The notes below the pieces were generated by a model. That model worked only from the letters and a program-made list of their open reading frames with translations. It made no database searches and had not been told where the DNA came from. DNA of 64,000 nucleotides from Paraspadella gotoi (Eukaryota; Animalia; Chaetognatha), in contig CM119264.1 in the NCBI GenBank assembly GCA_051294375.1, forward strand, positions 6,337,624 to 6,401,623. Direction: 5' to 3'. The first letter of the stretch is position 1; every line of letters begins with the position of its first letter. Shown here piece after piece: positions 26,549 through 41,496 of the stretch. The position numbers were made by a program, and so were the translations under genes.

Positions 26549-28850
26549 AATTTAACTCTCAGTTTGACTGCCTCTCTGTCTGTCTGTATACATTGTCTCC
26601 TTATGTGTCTCTCCTTTTGTCTATTTGCCAGTCTGCCTGCTTTATAAGTCGGTAGGTCTGTACGGGTCTCCACAGCATAAAATTCATCATATGATCGGTT
26701 TTTCTCTCTCGAAATGATTATTGATTATTAATATTCAACCCTCCACCTAGTACGAGTTATTTCCCTGGGGTCAATTGATAGCGTCGCTGGAGTGGACGAC
26801 GTTGTTGTGCAGCCAGGCGGGATTCGGCGCCGCCTGGAAGACGCGCCTGGCGTCGTCGTCAAAAAAAACGAGCGAGAGGCGCCGCTGTGGGTTTCCTTCT
26901 GCTTCAAGAATCAATTTCGATCTCCGTTGGGAGTTTTCGCGATCGTCGGTGAGAAAAGAGAATAATGCGGCGACGACAACAACAACAACGACAACAACTG
27001 CGACAATGAAACTGACATTTGACCAAGGTCAAGTTCCTGACCTTAAACAGTTTTCGTCGCGAGGATTTTTGTGAGATTTCTTCTCTTTTATTCCCTATCA
27101 CTAATCCATTTCCTCTCTCTCTCTCTCTCTCTCTCTGCTTCTAACTGTACCCTATTTCCTCTCCTCTTTCCATCCCTCTCATTTCTCCCCTACCTCCCAC
27201 CCTCTCCCTCTCTCTCTCCCACCTTCTCTCTCTTCAGGCCTCCACTTTCTCCCTCCCTTCGTCTACCTCCGGTATTTGGTTTTCTCCGCCGAACTTCCTT
27301 TCCCTCTTTCCTTCATCCTCGAAAGTGAACCGTTTTTTTATTGTCTCATCGTCGCGCGCCTCTACTGGGCGGCGATCGAACTCTACATCATCGGACGCCA
27401 CGTGGCGCGGCTGGCGGCGAGGGAGTCGGGGGGCACGAGGACGACGACGACGACGACGACGATGTGAAGGACGCGGAGTGAATCGGAGTAAATCCCCGTG
27501 ATCTAATCAACGCTGGTGATTAACAAATCCGCAGCAAATTTCACTTCCTGTTTGTTGTCTTTTCTTTCTCATACATAGTGAATAGTGATAACAATAAACG
27601 AAATGGTGAAATGTTTTTGTCTCTTCAAACCATCACGTAAGAAAATGAAATACTCATAGATTTTTTAAAATATATTTTAGATTTCGGTTTCTATCTCATT
27701 CGGAAAAGTTGCAACATCAAATCTTTCTATATTTTAAATCTCAATCAACGCACACGAATCCCCAATCAGCATACTTATCCGTACACTCCTCCATCCGATC
27801 TGGAGACATAACTTCCAAGAAGTCCTCCTTTCCATCTCGACTGGCATCCATCTCTCCTTCTCACTCAACTACCCCTTCCACCCCCCACCTAACCAGTAAC
27901 CATTCCACAGCCCCCACCCACTCTCCCTCCAAAAAACCTCGGGCTCCGGCTTCTCGATGACCGCGGTGATCATGATCGGTCGCACCGCCGACTTCTTGGG
28001 ATCCACCATCTTCTCCACCTCCTCTCCTTCTTCCGGCGCCGCCTCGATCAGCGCCGCCGTCTCCAGCGGCGCCACGAACTCACCTCCATCTCCGTCCGGG
28101 TGAGTGTCGGCGCCTTCGTTCAGATTCTGCGTCGTCGCGAGAGAGAGATAGGGGGTGGCAGGGGGGGGGCGAGAGTCAAATCTTTGATTAACAATAAATA
28201 TCGCGGCGACTCGAATATTAAAGATACGACGATAATCAATAATAAAAGGATGTTGACTTGGAGAGGTCTCGTTACTGACTTTTGAAACGCTTTTGCGCTA
28301 AGGTCACGTTTGGATGAGGAAGATAGACTTTGTCGTTGTCCTTGTCGTTGCTTTCTTTGTCGTCTTTGTCCTTGTCTTCGTCGTTATTTTAAACGTCATT
28401 TGAACTCCAGAAACATTAACATTTACACGCCTTCATTTTCGTATTTAATTCGAATGAAATTACCCGAGCTAGTAGTTTCAAAACCCAAATAATCTTTAAC
28501 GATGAAAAGCGGAACAACGAGAAAAAGAACAACAACAACAACAAGATTAAGGACAACAACCAATAAATAACGACAAGGACAACGACCTTCGGCTGAGGCG
28601 TCTTCTTCCCGCCCGCCGACTTTTTGTTGTCCAATCGAGATACATTTTGAGAATCTGTCAAAAAACAAAGGAACATCGCGAATTTGGGGCGAAATCGAGA
28701 TTCGATCGTCGATTCAGTATCGTCGTCTTCGTTGTCTTTTCTTTTTCGTCGTCGTCGTCGTCGTCATCGTCAATCCTCACTCGCTTTGTCGCCGGGTGCA
28801 TTGCGTTTCCTGAGGTCTCCATCGGAGCCTTTGGAGCAGCACTTCGGCAT
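23951..28850 (-). CDS. Duplicate 5' half of the type II EGF membrane-protein gene, truncated inside the TM exon by the duplication junction
   Basis: Exons 28850-28781, 28126-27938 and 24071-23951 translate cleanly. The TM exon is cut at 23951 and the EGF exons are absent from this copy. Confidence 0.75.
24674..27481 (+). CDS. CDP-alcohol phosphatidyltransferase family protein (phosphatidylinositol synthase-like), ~235 aa, 4 exons
   Basis: Exons 24674-24775 MDSRGRNVFCFLPNLIGYVRFVCLIFSWAAHTFQ; 26266(or 26275)-26427 (RPQ)ICLGLYTGNVLLDVVDGQFARVLRQTSDFGAAFDFWLDVLGRGCLWILATQ; 26751-26948 YELFPWGQLIASLEWTTLLCSQAGFGAAWKTRLASSSKENEREAPLWVSFCFKNQFRSPLGVFAIVG (one indel corrected using copy 1); 27238-27467/27481 LHFLPPFVYLRYLVFSAELPFPLSFILESEPFFYCLIVARLYWAAIELYIIGRHVARLAA... 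It carries the full CDP-AP signature DxxDGxxARx8GxxxDxxxD and the PIS-type N-terminal PNLIGYxR. Confidence 0.92.
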
Positions 28851-29740
28851 CGTGGCTGCTGCGGAGAGGGAAGCATCGAGTAGATTGTTAAAAAAACTAA
28901 TTAGATAATATTTTTTATACGGGTCTTGGGTCCTTTGTTTAGTTATAATCTAAAATACAGATATTATTTGCATTTATCCGTTTCATAAAAGAATAAATGG
29001 TGACTAACAAGAAACATTGAAAAAGATTAAAAGCAATATCGTTTCTAATTTATTCGTTAATTCCTGTTGTAGATCTTGTTGTAGATCAGGAAGAAGCACT
29101 ACAGTTTTACCGCCCCAAAGGTTTAAACTATTTAACTCCGGCCAAGAGTCTCTTCAACAAAACCGTCTCACCTCAACTATCGACTTCTGAAGTCGAGTCG
29201 ATCGATTTTGTCCTCTTCTTTTCTTTTCTCTTTTTTAGTTTCGGTTCGGCGACTTTTGTTTTTTCGCCGCCATGTTACAACCTCACTCTGACTCTACGAG
29301 TTTTTTCTTCTTAGTTTTTCTTTTTTCCTGCGAATGACGCCACGTGGAGAACTATTAGTTAATTTAATTATTTTTTGTTAAGCTTAAGCGACGACGATCG
29401 AACAAGCAATACTATTTTGAAATGGTGAGTCAAGAATGTCGTTATTAAGAAATAAGTGGAGAAGAGAGGCTTATATATATCAAAGGGAAGGAAATATAAA
29501 CTTTAATGTAGACTTTTTAATAAGAAGAATTAATGCTAAGAATTATTAGTGAAAAAAAGTTGTCTTGGGTAAATAACAAAAAGAGCGGAGGAGCTAAGAT
29601 AAAAATAATTATTAGAGAGTTAAAAATAAACAGAGAACAAAAAATTTTCGTTTCACTTAAAACAACAACAAAACAAAAAATTGTTGCTGGAAAGAGAAAC
29701 TCTAAAGGGAAAAAGAAAACCCAAAGAAAATTCTCTTGAG

Positions 29741-29843
<103 letters not shown>

Positions 29844-30417
29844 AGAAAAGAGGAACGGGGATTAAGAATTTTCGAGAAAGAAGGAGAAATATTTGGGGCA
29901 GACGGGACGCGGAATTTTTTTTTATATCGAGGTTTCACAAGTGAAACGAAGAGAAGGCAACTCGGTCCGCGAAACGAGCGGAAAAAGGATCTCCGACCGG
30001 TCATTACTCACCCGGAAACTGGACTTACTTTTTTTTCCATCGGGGGGTCGGGGGAGGTGGAGCTCGGGTTCGTTTGAAAATGTCTCCGTCATTGTTCTCC
30101 GTTGTTCTTTTTTCTTTTCCTTCATTTTACGCCATTCTCTAATTGTGTTTCTTCCGAAATAGTCGCAAGTAAAAGTTTATATAAATTTCTATAAAATTGG
30201 TTTTAATCCGAAAATATCTGTATCAAGATTAAAAATTTTCTTTTAATTACATGACGGATATTCGTACGTATGTTTACTATTTGGAGAAAAAACTCGTCGC
30301 TCGGAAAATCGTTTTCTCGGTTCCAGTTGCGATGGAATTTCGTTTCCCCAAGAAATTTCGTTGCAATGAAATTCCGGTTTATGGTCGACGAGGCCGATTT
30401 TAAATCTCGAGATGGAA

Positions 30418-30419
<2 letters not shown>

Positions 30420-30470
<51 letters not shown>
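30420..30470. repeat. (GAC)n trinucleotide microsatellite (others ~8495-8555 and 34549-34590; (GAT)n at ~2930, 24910, 51740, 59380)
   Basis: Read directly from the sequence. Confidence 0.95.
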
Positions 30471-30472
<2 letters not shown>

Positions 30473-31359
30473 ACTTATTTCCTACGCGGGTCAAAAGCCC
30501 TCCTCCGCCATCTATGTAAATTAAAACAGAATTGGAGACGGCAGCGGCGACATTGAATGGAGGCGGCGGCTGCGGCGGCTGCGGCTGCGGGAGGTGGGCG
30601 TCGGGTTTCGGTAGGTTCAGTCGGATGGGGAGACCGAGAGCGGGATCGATGGTTGAAAGTGAAATGAAAATGGGAAGGGACGGAGTGAGATTAGGCGTTG
30701 TGACCCCGAGAGACTCGGGAGAAAGCGTGGGGCAAAAAAGTGGGAGTTTAAATAATGGAGCAGAAATATAAAGTAGGAGGAGGAAAGGGAGAGGAGCGAG
30801 TTGGAAAAATTCACAGTGTCGGTGAAAAGGAGGGAAAAAGAGGAGACAGGAAAAAAGTGAAACTGTGAAAACATTGAAAAGAGTGAAACTACTATTCGGT
30901 CGGTCGAAAATGGATCTGGGAAATTGGTTTAACACTCAATGGCAGCGAAATGAGTGGAGAGGTGGGGAGAGAATGGAGTGGAGAGGAAAGGAAAAATAAA
31001 GGGAAGAGAAAAAAAGAAAGAATTGGCGGGAAAGGACGAAATGACTTTGTTACTTTCGAGTTACAAAAAAAAAATTTTACCACCGAACTAAAGCAATTAC
31101 TATTGTAATTTGTCAGGGAGGGTTTTTTTAAAATTTATCCTTTTTTTCTTTTCTTTTCTTTTTTCTTTTTTCTTTTCTTTTTTCTTTTATTTTTCTTTTC
31201 TTTTCTTTTCTTTTCTTTTCTTTTCTTCTCTTTTCTTTCTTTTAACCATTTTTTCTTCTCTTTTTCCATTTTTTTCTTTTGGCGAACGTGGGCTGGAGGC
31301 TGACGCCGAGTTCATGGATTGAAAATTGAATGCCGCGAAACATGTGTATTTTGCATGAA

Positions 31360-31450
<91 letters not shown>

Positions 31451-31566
31451 GCTCGAATAAATAAATACAAATAAACAAGGAGATCTGTCTCAAAAACAAA
31501 ACATATTATGATGATTTAAAAAAAAAACTCGCTGGATTTCCAATAATATTTATTTCTGAAAAATAC

Positions 31567-31984
31567 CTTTTTAATAGTTCATGCACACAGCGTCTTAACA
31601 AATTGAACAAACAAATAAAAACGTAAATGCATAAAACGGAGACCGATGTATGTATAACGAGGGCGACGAGAGGAACACAAAGCGAAACAGCAGAAACAAT
31701 ATTTTTACCGCCTTCTACTCAATCCTTAACTGCGAATAATGAAAAATTAATGATATTCCTTTTACATTACATCATTTGAAATTAAGTTTTTAAACACACT
31801 TCTGCTTAAATTTTACGCTCGCGGGTGTTTCGCAGTAACAATCCATCACTCGATTGAAAAAAAAAAACGCAATAAAGAAAATGTTTACTTGTTTACAGTT
31901 ACAACGACAGCTTTCGACTGTTGTATCACAGCCTGGATCATGTGACGACCAGTAGAATCGCGCGGTTTTCGTCAAGACTTCAAT
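31567..31984 (-). other. Cluster of three candidate small exons (31984-31889, 31848-31817, 31729-31567), the last hydrophobic/TM-like
   Basis: Strong pyrimidine tract with cgtag| acceptor at 31985; donors GTAAAC, GTAAAA and GTATTT. The reading frame is ambiguous because the two copies (also ~9702-10140) disagree by indels. Confidence 0.35.
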
Positions 31985-32453
31985 CTACGATCGAAAAAGC
32001 AGAAGAAAAAAAAGTGGACAAAATTGATCGTGAGATTAATCGACTTCGTAACTGGTTATCTCTGCGACTATCTGCCCCTCCACCCTTCCGCTGCCCCCCT
32101 CTCCACTCTTCCCCCAATTCTCGTAGCAACGTCATTATTCTTTGCCATCTTTTATCGTTCGACGCTCCTCTTTGCCACCCATCAATGCCAGTTAGTCTTC
32201 GCCATTTGTCAATGTCTGTTTTTTACCATATCCTCTACACTCTCTACACAGTCTACAGTCCCGCCACCTTCTGCCATCTCTCCGCCCCACCTTCTGCCAT
32301 CTCCTCCATGCTCGCCACCATTACCACCTTCTGCCAACTCTCCGCACCGCCTTCTACCATCTCAACCACTTCCGACATCATTGTCATCTNNNNNNNNNNN
32401 CACCATTGCCACCTACTGCCATCTCCCCGCGCCACCTTCCGCCATCTCCTCCG

Positions 32454-35752
<3,299 letters not shown>

Positions 35753-38681
35753 CTTTTTAAAAAAGAATATATTTAAGGGAGGCATCTATTTGATGAAATT
35801 TAAAATAAAATTAGCGGTGAAATTGTTAACTGCCTAAGATAAAACCTTTAAAATATTTTATAATCGAACAAATTTTGACACCCTATTTTAGTTTTAAAAA
35901 AGAAAAACACTTTCAAAAAGTTTTCAGTTGGTTTCTCTACAACAAGTGCTCTGATAGCTATTCATCCCTATCCCTTTCATTTTTTTTTCTTGGTTTATAA
36001 ATATAAAAATATTTTTAGAGATTCTGATTTTTTTTTTGAAACTGGTATAAAGCAATATTTTTGTTTGAATGATCCCTGGCCTCAAAGCAAAAATGTTGAA
36101 TGACGACGAGGACCAACAAAAAGTACCAGCAGATGCTAAAATCGAAAAAGCGCCTAAAATATGGAAAACATGAATAGAAGGTTAAATGGAAACGTTGGCA
36201 CTTTATATTGATAAAGCCCCCATTCAGTGTGCCATCGCAAAGGCGCGCCCACACGCACAAAAACGTCATTGTCAATGAGGTTGTCTTCTTTGTAGTTGAC
36301 ATCGAACTCGTTCGTCGTCTCTCACATGCGAGCGGAATGCATACATTTTTTTTAAAATCCGACAGCTAACGACCCGAAAATTTTGGGCCATAAAACTTTA
36401 CTACATACTTTTTTTCAAGCGAAACTGCCACCAAAGGGATTTGATCGAGTTAACATTGGTGAATAAAATGAGATGAATCGATTTGTTGAAATCCGTATAT
36501 AAATTAAATTAATTGTTAATTGTTAATTGTTAATTTGAGATCTAATTCTGAACCAAGTCACTTAAATAAGTCCCAAACCGTAAAATTATTTTTTTTCTTT
36601 TTAGTTGCGACACGTGTACTCGCGGAGCAACTCTATAAGTCACTTTTCGGTCGGTCTGACGGTTTGTCTGTCAGTCTGTCTGTCGGTCGGTATGTCTGTC
36701 CGTCCGTCTGTCCTACTTACGTGAAAAACGCTTATAATTTGCCTAGAGTTGGGTGTTCATTTGTCAAGAAAAAACATCAAATTTACATGACTGCTCGCCC
36801 CGCCTTCAGGAAATCCTAAAACAATAAAAAAAAAAGACGTTTTTCCGATGCAGGCAAAGAAAGTTATTGTAGTAATGTAATGTCATGTCATGTCATGTCA
36901 TGTCACGAGAAATATACGTGATATAAGTAAGTCACTGCGGCGCAAAACATTTTAATTACCATTCATGTTATAATTTTTTGCACTTAAAACGTAAATGGGA
37001 CCTTCTCATCAATTGACTAATAAGCTTTCTGAGAATTGCCATTGATTCTTGTCATTTTAGTCCAAAATGAATTTTGATTCCTTACTTGATCTTGTCAAAG
37101 ACGATGGGAAAAAAACGATGCATTTCATACAAAATTCCTTCTTTAAGGATATGCATGATAAGCTTCTGAAAAGTGCAAAAGAAGGTGATGTCCAATAATT
37201 TCAGAATATTATTGTTTGCTAATTGCTATATTATTTTTCATACATTTACACAATTTTCTGGAAGCATTATTAGTCGGATCTGCTTATAAGCAGATCCCGA
37301 CTCTATAATTCATTTTGTCGGTCCGTCGGTCCGCCCCTTCAATCTTGTCGGGCATTAACTTATTTCATGTCAGAACATCGAATTATGATAAATTATGAAA
37401 AAAAAAGATGTCCGTCCGTCCGTCCGTCCGTCCGTCCCACCTTAGCATAAAAATACCAATTACTGGTGATTGGAATGAAATTTTGTGTGTGGGTAGGGAA
37501 GTGTGTGATCAAGCTGGATATGAAGTTTCGATGGAATCGTCCGAGTGAAAATGAGTTTAAATGGAAACAACAATTAATTGCCTAATTAATTAAATAATTA
37601 AATTGAATAATTTAATTATTAATTAAAAAATAATTAATTAACTTGAATTAATTAATTAATAATTAATTAATTAATTACCGATAATGATCGTGGGCAGATC
37701 CGATATTGTCATATTTTAAATAATTTGTTGAAAAATTTATCATTTTTTGAAAAAGAGCACTGAAAGAGGTAAAGACCAAGAATAAATGTCATGAATAAAT
37801 GAATAAATGTATATAATTAATTAATTTGTTGACTTCTAGGCGGCTATCAGGTTAGAACTGAATTGAATTGAAGTTAGTGGAAAAAAAGTTACGTTTTACT
37901 ATTCAATTATTAAATTTTTTTTCTTGTTTCACTTTCATATATATATGCATTTCATGTATATGTGAGTTACAACAACAACAACTGCTCCAATGATAACATT
38001 CTAAACATTCAACACTAACAAGTAACAACCACAACAGCTATAATTACGACAACAACAACAACGACCAAAACAAACAAACTCACAACGACTCTAATCACTA
38101 CAAGCACAACAACAATAATCGATAGAAAATAAACGATCGCTATAAAAAATTTAAAACACACACTTGTCTCATATCACATAAAGCCTGTCCAAAGTCAGGG
38201 ACAAGATAGCTTATTTATTAAATGAATGGATAATTTTTATATTGGTTGTACCAATTTCATAAAATTCAATTTGATACTAGTGTGGAGTACAAAATAGTAT
38301 TCCCCGATCTAATACTTAAGGGAGTGGTCTTTTAATACAATTGAAACATTCTTTGAAATATTATACCACTTTATTGATAGGGAAGCCAGGTTCACTGGGA
38401 GAAAGTCTTGATTGAAAGCTTGCAGAAACCTGCTATTTTATTATCTTGTAAGTGTGATGGAGGCCTTAATCCACCAAAGCCTGTCCAAAGTCAGGGACAA
38501 GATAGCTCATTTATTAAAAGAATGGATAATTTTTATATTGGTTGTACCAATTTCATATATTATTTGGCAGCCAAGTATTGACCTGCGAGGCGCTGTTTAC
38601 ATTCACTTTCTTATCAATTGCTCCTTCCCTGTGATAACGTGACTACGCCAGTTGCTACGTAGACTCAAGTAGCGTCTCATA

Positions 38682-39200
38682 GTGATGGAGACAATATCAT
38701 GGACTGAATACGATTCTGAATACGATTCTTTTGCTCCAGGATGTAGGTCTCCTCACAACAACATTCTCCATGACTTGTCCTCCTTGCTGGGAGATGGCGG
38801 TCTGCATGGGAAAGTGTTGTCCGATAAAATGATTGTGAGCTATTTTCATCAGACGCTTAAGAGATCAATACAGTTCGCTGTAGCCTTTCATCTGCCTCTC
38901 CCAGGATTGGAGAGAACACGAGTGGACTTTATTACGTTTGTATGCGGCACGAAGATTTTCCACTTCGCGCCAAAGATCCATGGTAAATTCTCGAATGAGA
39001 TTGGCAGAATTCTTGGGGAATCTCATCCTCGTTGGCTACTCGTCTTCAAAAGAAAGCGGCTATTCGAGTTTTTCCGCTGTGATTTTTCATGGGTCCCCAG
39101 AAAGTGGGTTGACGCTTAAGACGTGTGTATTCAGAACGGCTGGGAGCCGACGATCAACGGGGTGTCCATCAAGGTGACGCGAGATGTATTAGGCAGTGAT
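38682..39200 (+). pseudogene. Intronless, interrupted ORF remnant, probably transposon-derived
   Basis: 145-aa ORF of globular-type composition that continues past an in-frame TAA (...KWVDA*DVCIQNGWEPTINGVSI). The stop is present in both copies (other copy ~17002-17520). Confidence 0.35.
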
Positions 39201-39880
39201 TTCTATCGAGGAATTCAGCAAAAAAACCACTTTTTGCAATATTGCTAGAATATTATCAACAGAATTGATTAAATTTAAACCCTAAGACAAAGTGGGCTGG
39301 ACTACGAATTAATTAAAATCATCTGCTGCATTTTCTAAACAAGAATTGGTATAATTTTTCCTACTTTTAATAAAAAAAATTATGTCCATTTTTGTCCATT
39401 TTGACTTTTGTCTTGAGATTTGAACGTCAAGATCATTGAAGAAAATTTTTTTACTCCGGATTTTGGGTACTTCTCATCTTCTTTAGCTCTGAGTTGGTTC
39501 ATTTGCCGTTGGTCATCCATTGTTTACGCTAGTGAATTAATTTTTAAATTGACTAGTCAAAAATTTACATTTTTACATTTTATTACAATTTGTTAAAGAA
39601 AATACTTCAAAATGTCACAAATCTAATCAAATATTCCCTTTCAACGGTGCTTCTGGTACCTAAAAAATTAGGGCAAAAAATTTAATAGTTTTTGCAGCAA
39701 TTAAATTTTTAAATCAACTTTTAATTTGTGAGGATTTGTGAGGTGCGTTTTATTTGAACTAAAACTCGTTTTTGACTTATTTTATAGTTTTAATAGATGA
39801 GAAATATACTAAGGTTAACAAATTAAAAAAAACCGCATTCTTTTAATGTAATGGAAAGCGTCAGTAATTTTTTTCCTCTC

Positions 39881-39927
39881 AATCGACAGTTTTTTGCGGA
39901 AAAAATTTCCGCAAAAATCTGTCGATT
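39881..39927. repeat. Near-perfect ~20-bp-stem hairpin (duplicate 18193-18239)
   Basis: AATCGACAGTTTTTTGCGGA-loop-TCCGCAAAAATCTGTCGATT. Confidence 0.8.
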
Positions 39928-41496
39928 TTTTAAATCGTGCTAGGCAACCAAACTTTGAAAAAAATCATACGCTACCCAATATTTTCTTTCTTACAATACA
40001 TTTTAAAGATTTTATACATCCAGTGTGATATAAATGCAAAAAATGAGTGAGAATGAGAAAAAGAGAAGAGAAGAGAGAGCATAGGTGAAAAAAAAGTTGC
40101 AGGGAGAGAAAAAAGAGTGGAAAGAAATTAATATATGGGGAAAGGGGAAGAAACGAAAACAATTAAGAGAAAAAAGATAAGAAAGAGGGAAGAAAGAGAA
40201 TCAGAGAGGGAGAAAAAAGTAGAGATAGAGAGGAAAAGAAATAAATGTAAAGGAAGAAAAGAAGGGATGACACAGAGAAATATGAGGACAGAAAAGTCGG
40301 AGAAAGGGAGAGAAAGACAGAGAGAAAGAGAGAAAAAGAAAGGCAGAGAGAAGGTTCAAGAGAGAAAAAAATAGTGGAAAAAATGGGAAAAAAATTTTAA
40401 AATATAGCTTGCCGTTTTTTTGCCTAAGCTGTAGTATATCTAAAAAAAGGCAATAGATCTGACGAGCAATTTAATCTTTAAAAGTTGCCCTTACCATGAA
40501 AAATCGTTTTAGTTTCATCTTAAGGTAAAAGAAATTATGTCTTACCGTATTTTGAAAGCATAGAAATTCACCCAGTGAGTTCAATGTTATAAGGAGAAAA
40601 TAACTATAGCCAACCGTTTTTAAAATAAAGCGTGTTTTATATTAATCAGTGGAAACAAAAGAAATAATAGTTATATAAGTTTCAATTTTATTGGTTTGAA
40701 AATACCCGAATAGAAATCACTGCCATTAATAATCCTATTTTCTCCGCGGCAAAATAATTAAAAATCAACTACATAAATATTTATTAGGCCGGAACGGGTT
40801 GAAAACTACAAGTTCTCTCAAATAATTAATGGTTAAGTGACTGTTAGAGAAAATGAAAATAAAATAATTTTTAAAATTTATCCTATTTATAAGCGCACGT
40901 AAGCACTTAAAGATTATTTTATTACTATATAAAGTTTAAATTTTATAGATTCTGATAGAGCTTTATAAGTTAGCTAAAGGTTATTAATACAACTTTAAAT
41001 TTTGTTTTGTTTTATTGATAAAAATTTAAAAAAACCCATAAAATTCAGCCAATGATGATGTTGATGATGATGATTTTTTAAGTTTTTTTTAATTTTTAAC
41101 CAATTTGTAAAGGAAAAATACTATATTATACATAAAAGGGAGTGATCAGGAGTTTTAATTTTTTTTAACAAAATTAAATTTAAAAAAATTCAAATTATAT
41201 CATCAGCCTCTGTAACTTTTGTAGTTAATTAGATAAAGAATTTGTACCTTGTGGGAGAATTAAAATACCTTAAAAGGAATTATCAACTGAAAAATCAAAT
41301 TTAAAATTTGATATATATATATATATGTAATATAGCATAAGTAAATGTATTTAGTTTTGCTATGCTGAAAAATTTATTTTTAAAATCTAAGCATTTTCTT
41401 GGACATCATTTTTTTTTATTATGAGTATATAAAAATGAACATCACGCGCCTAATTCTCTGGAAAGCAAATTATGTGTAATTCTTAGATCACATCAA

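Noticed and set aside
30380-30610. Plus-strand exon VDEADFKSRDGS(D)nELISYAGQKPSSAIYEIKTELE...GGGRRRF
   Set aside because: The splice sites are plausible, but there are no partner exons and the minus-strand reading is equally plausible. Left unresolved.
36060-36340. Moderately GC-rich island with protein-like frames on both strands
   Set aside because: The copies disagree on frame and no consistent splice pair or motif was found.
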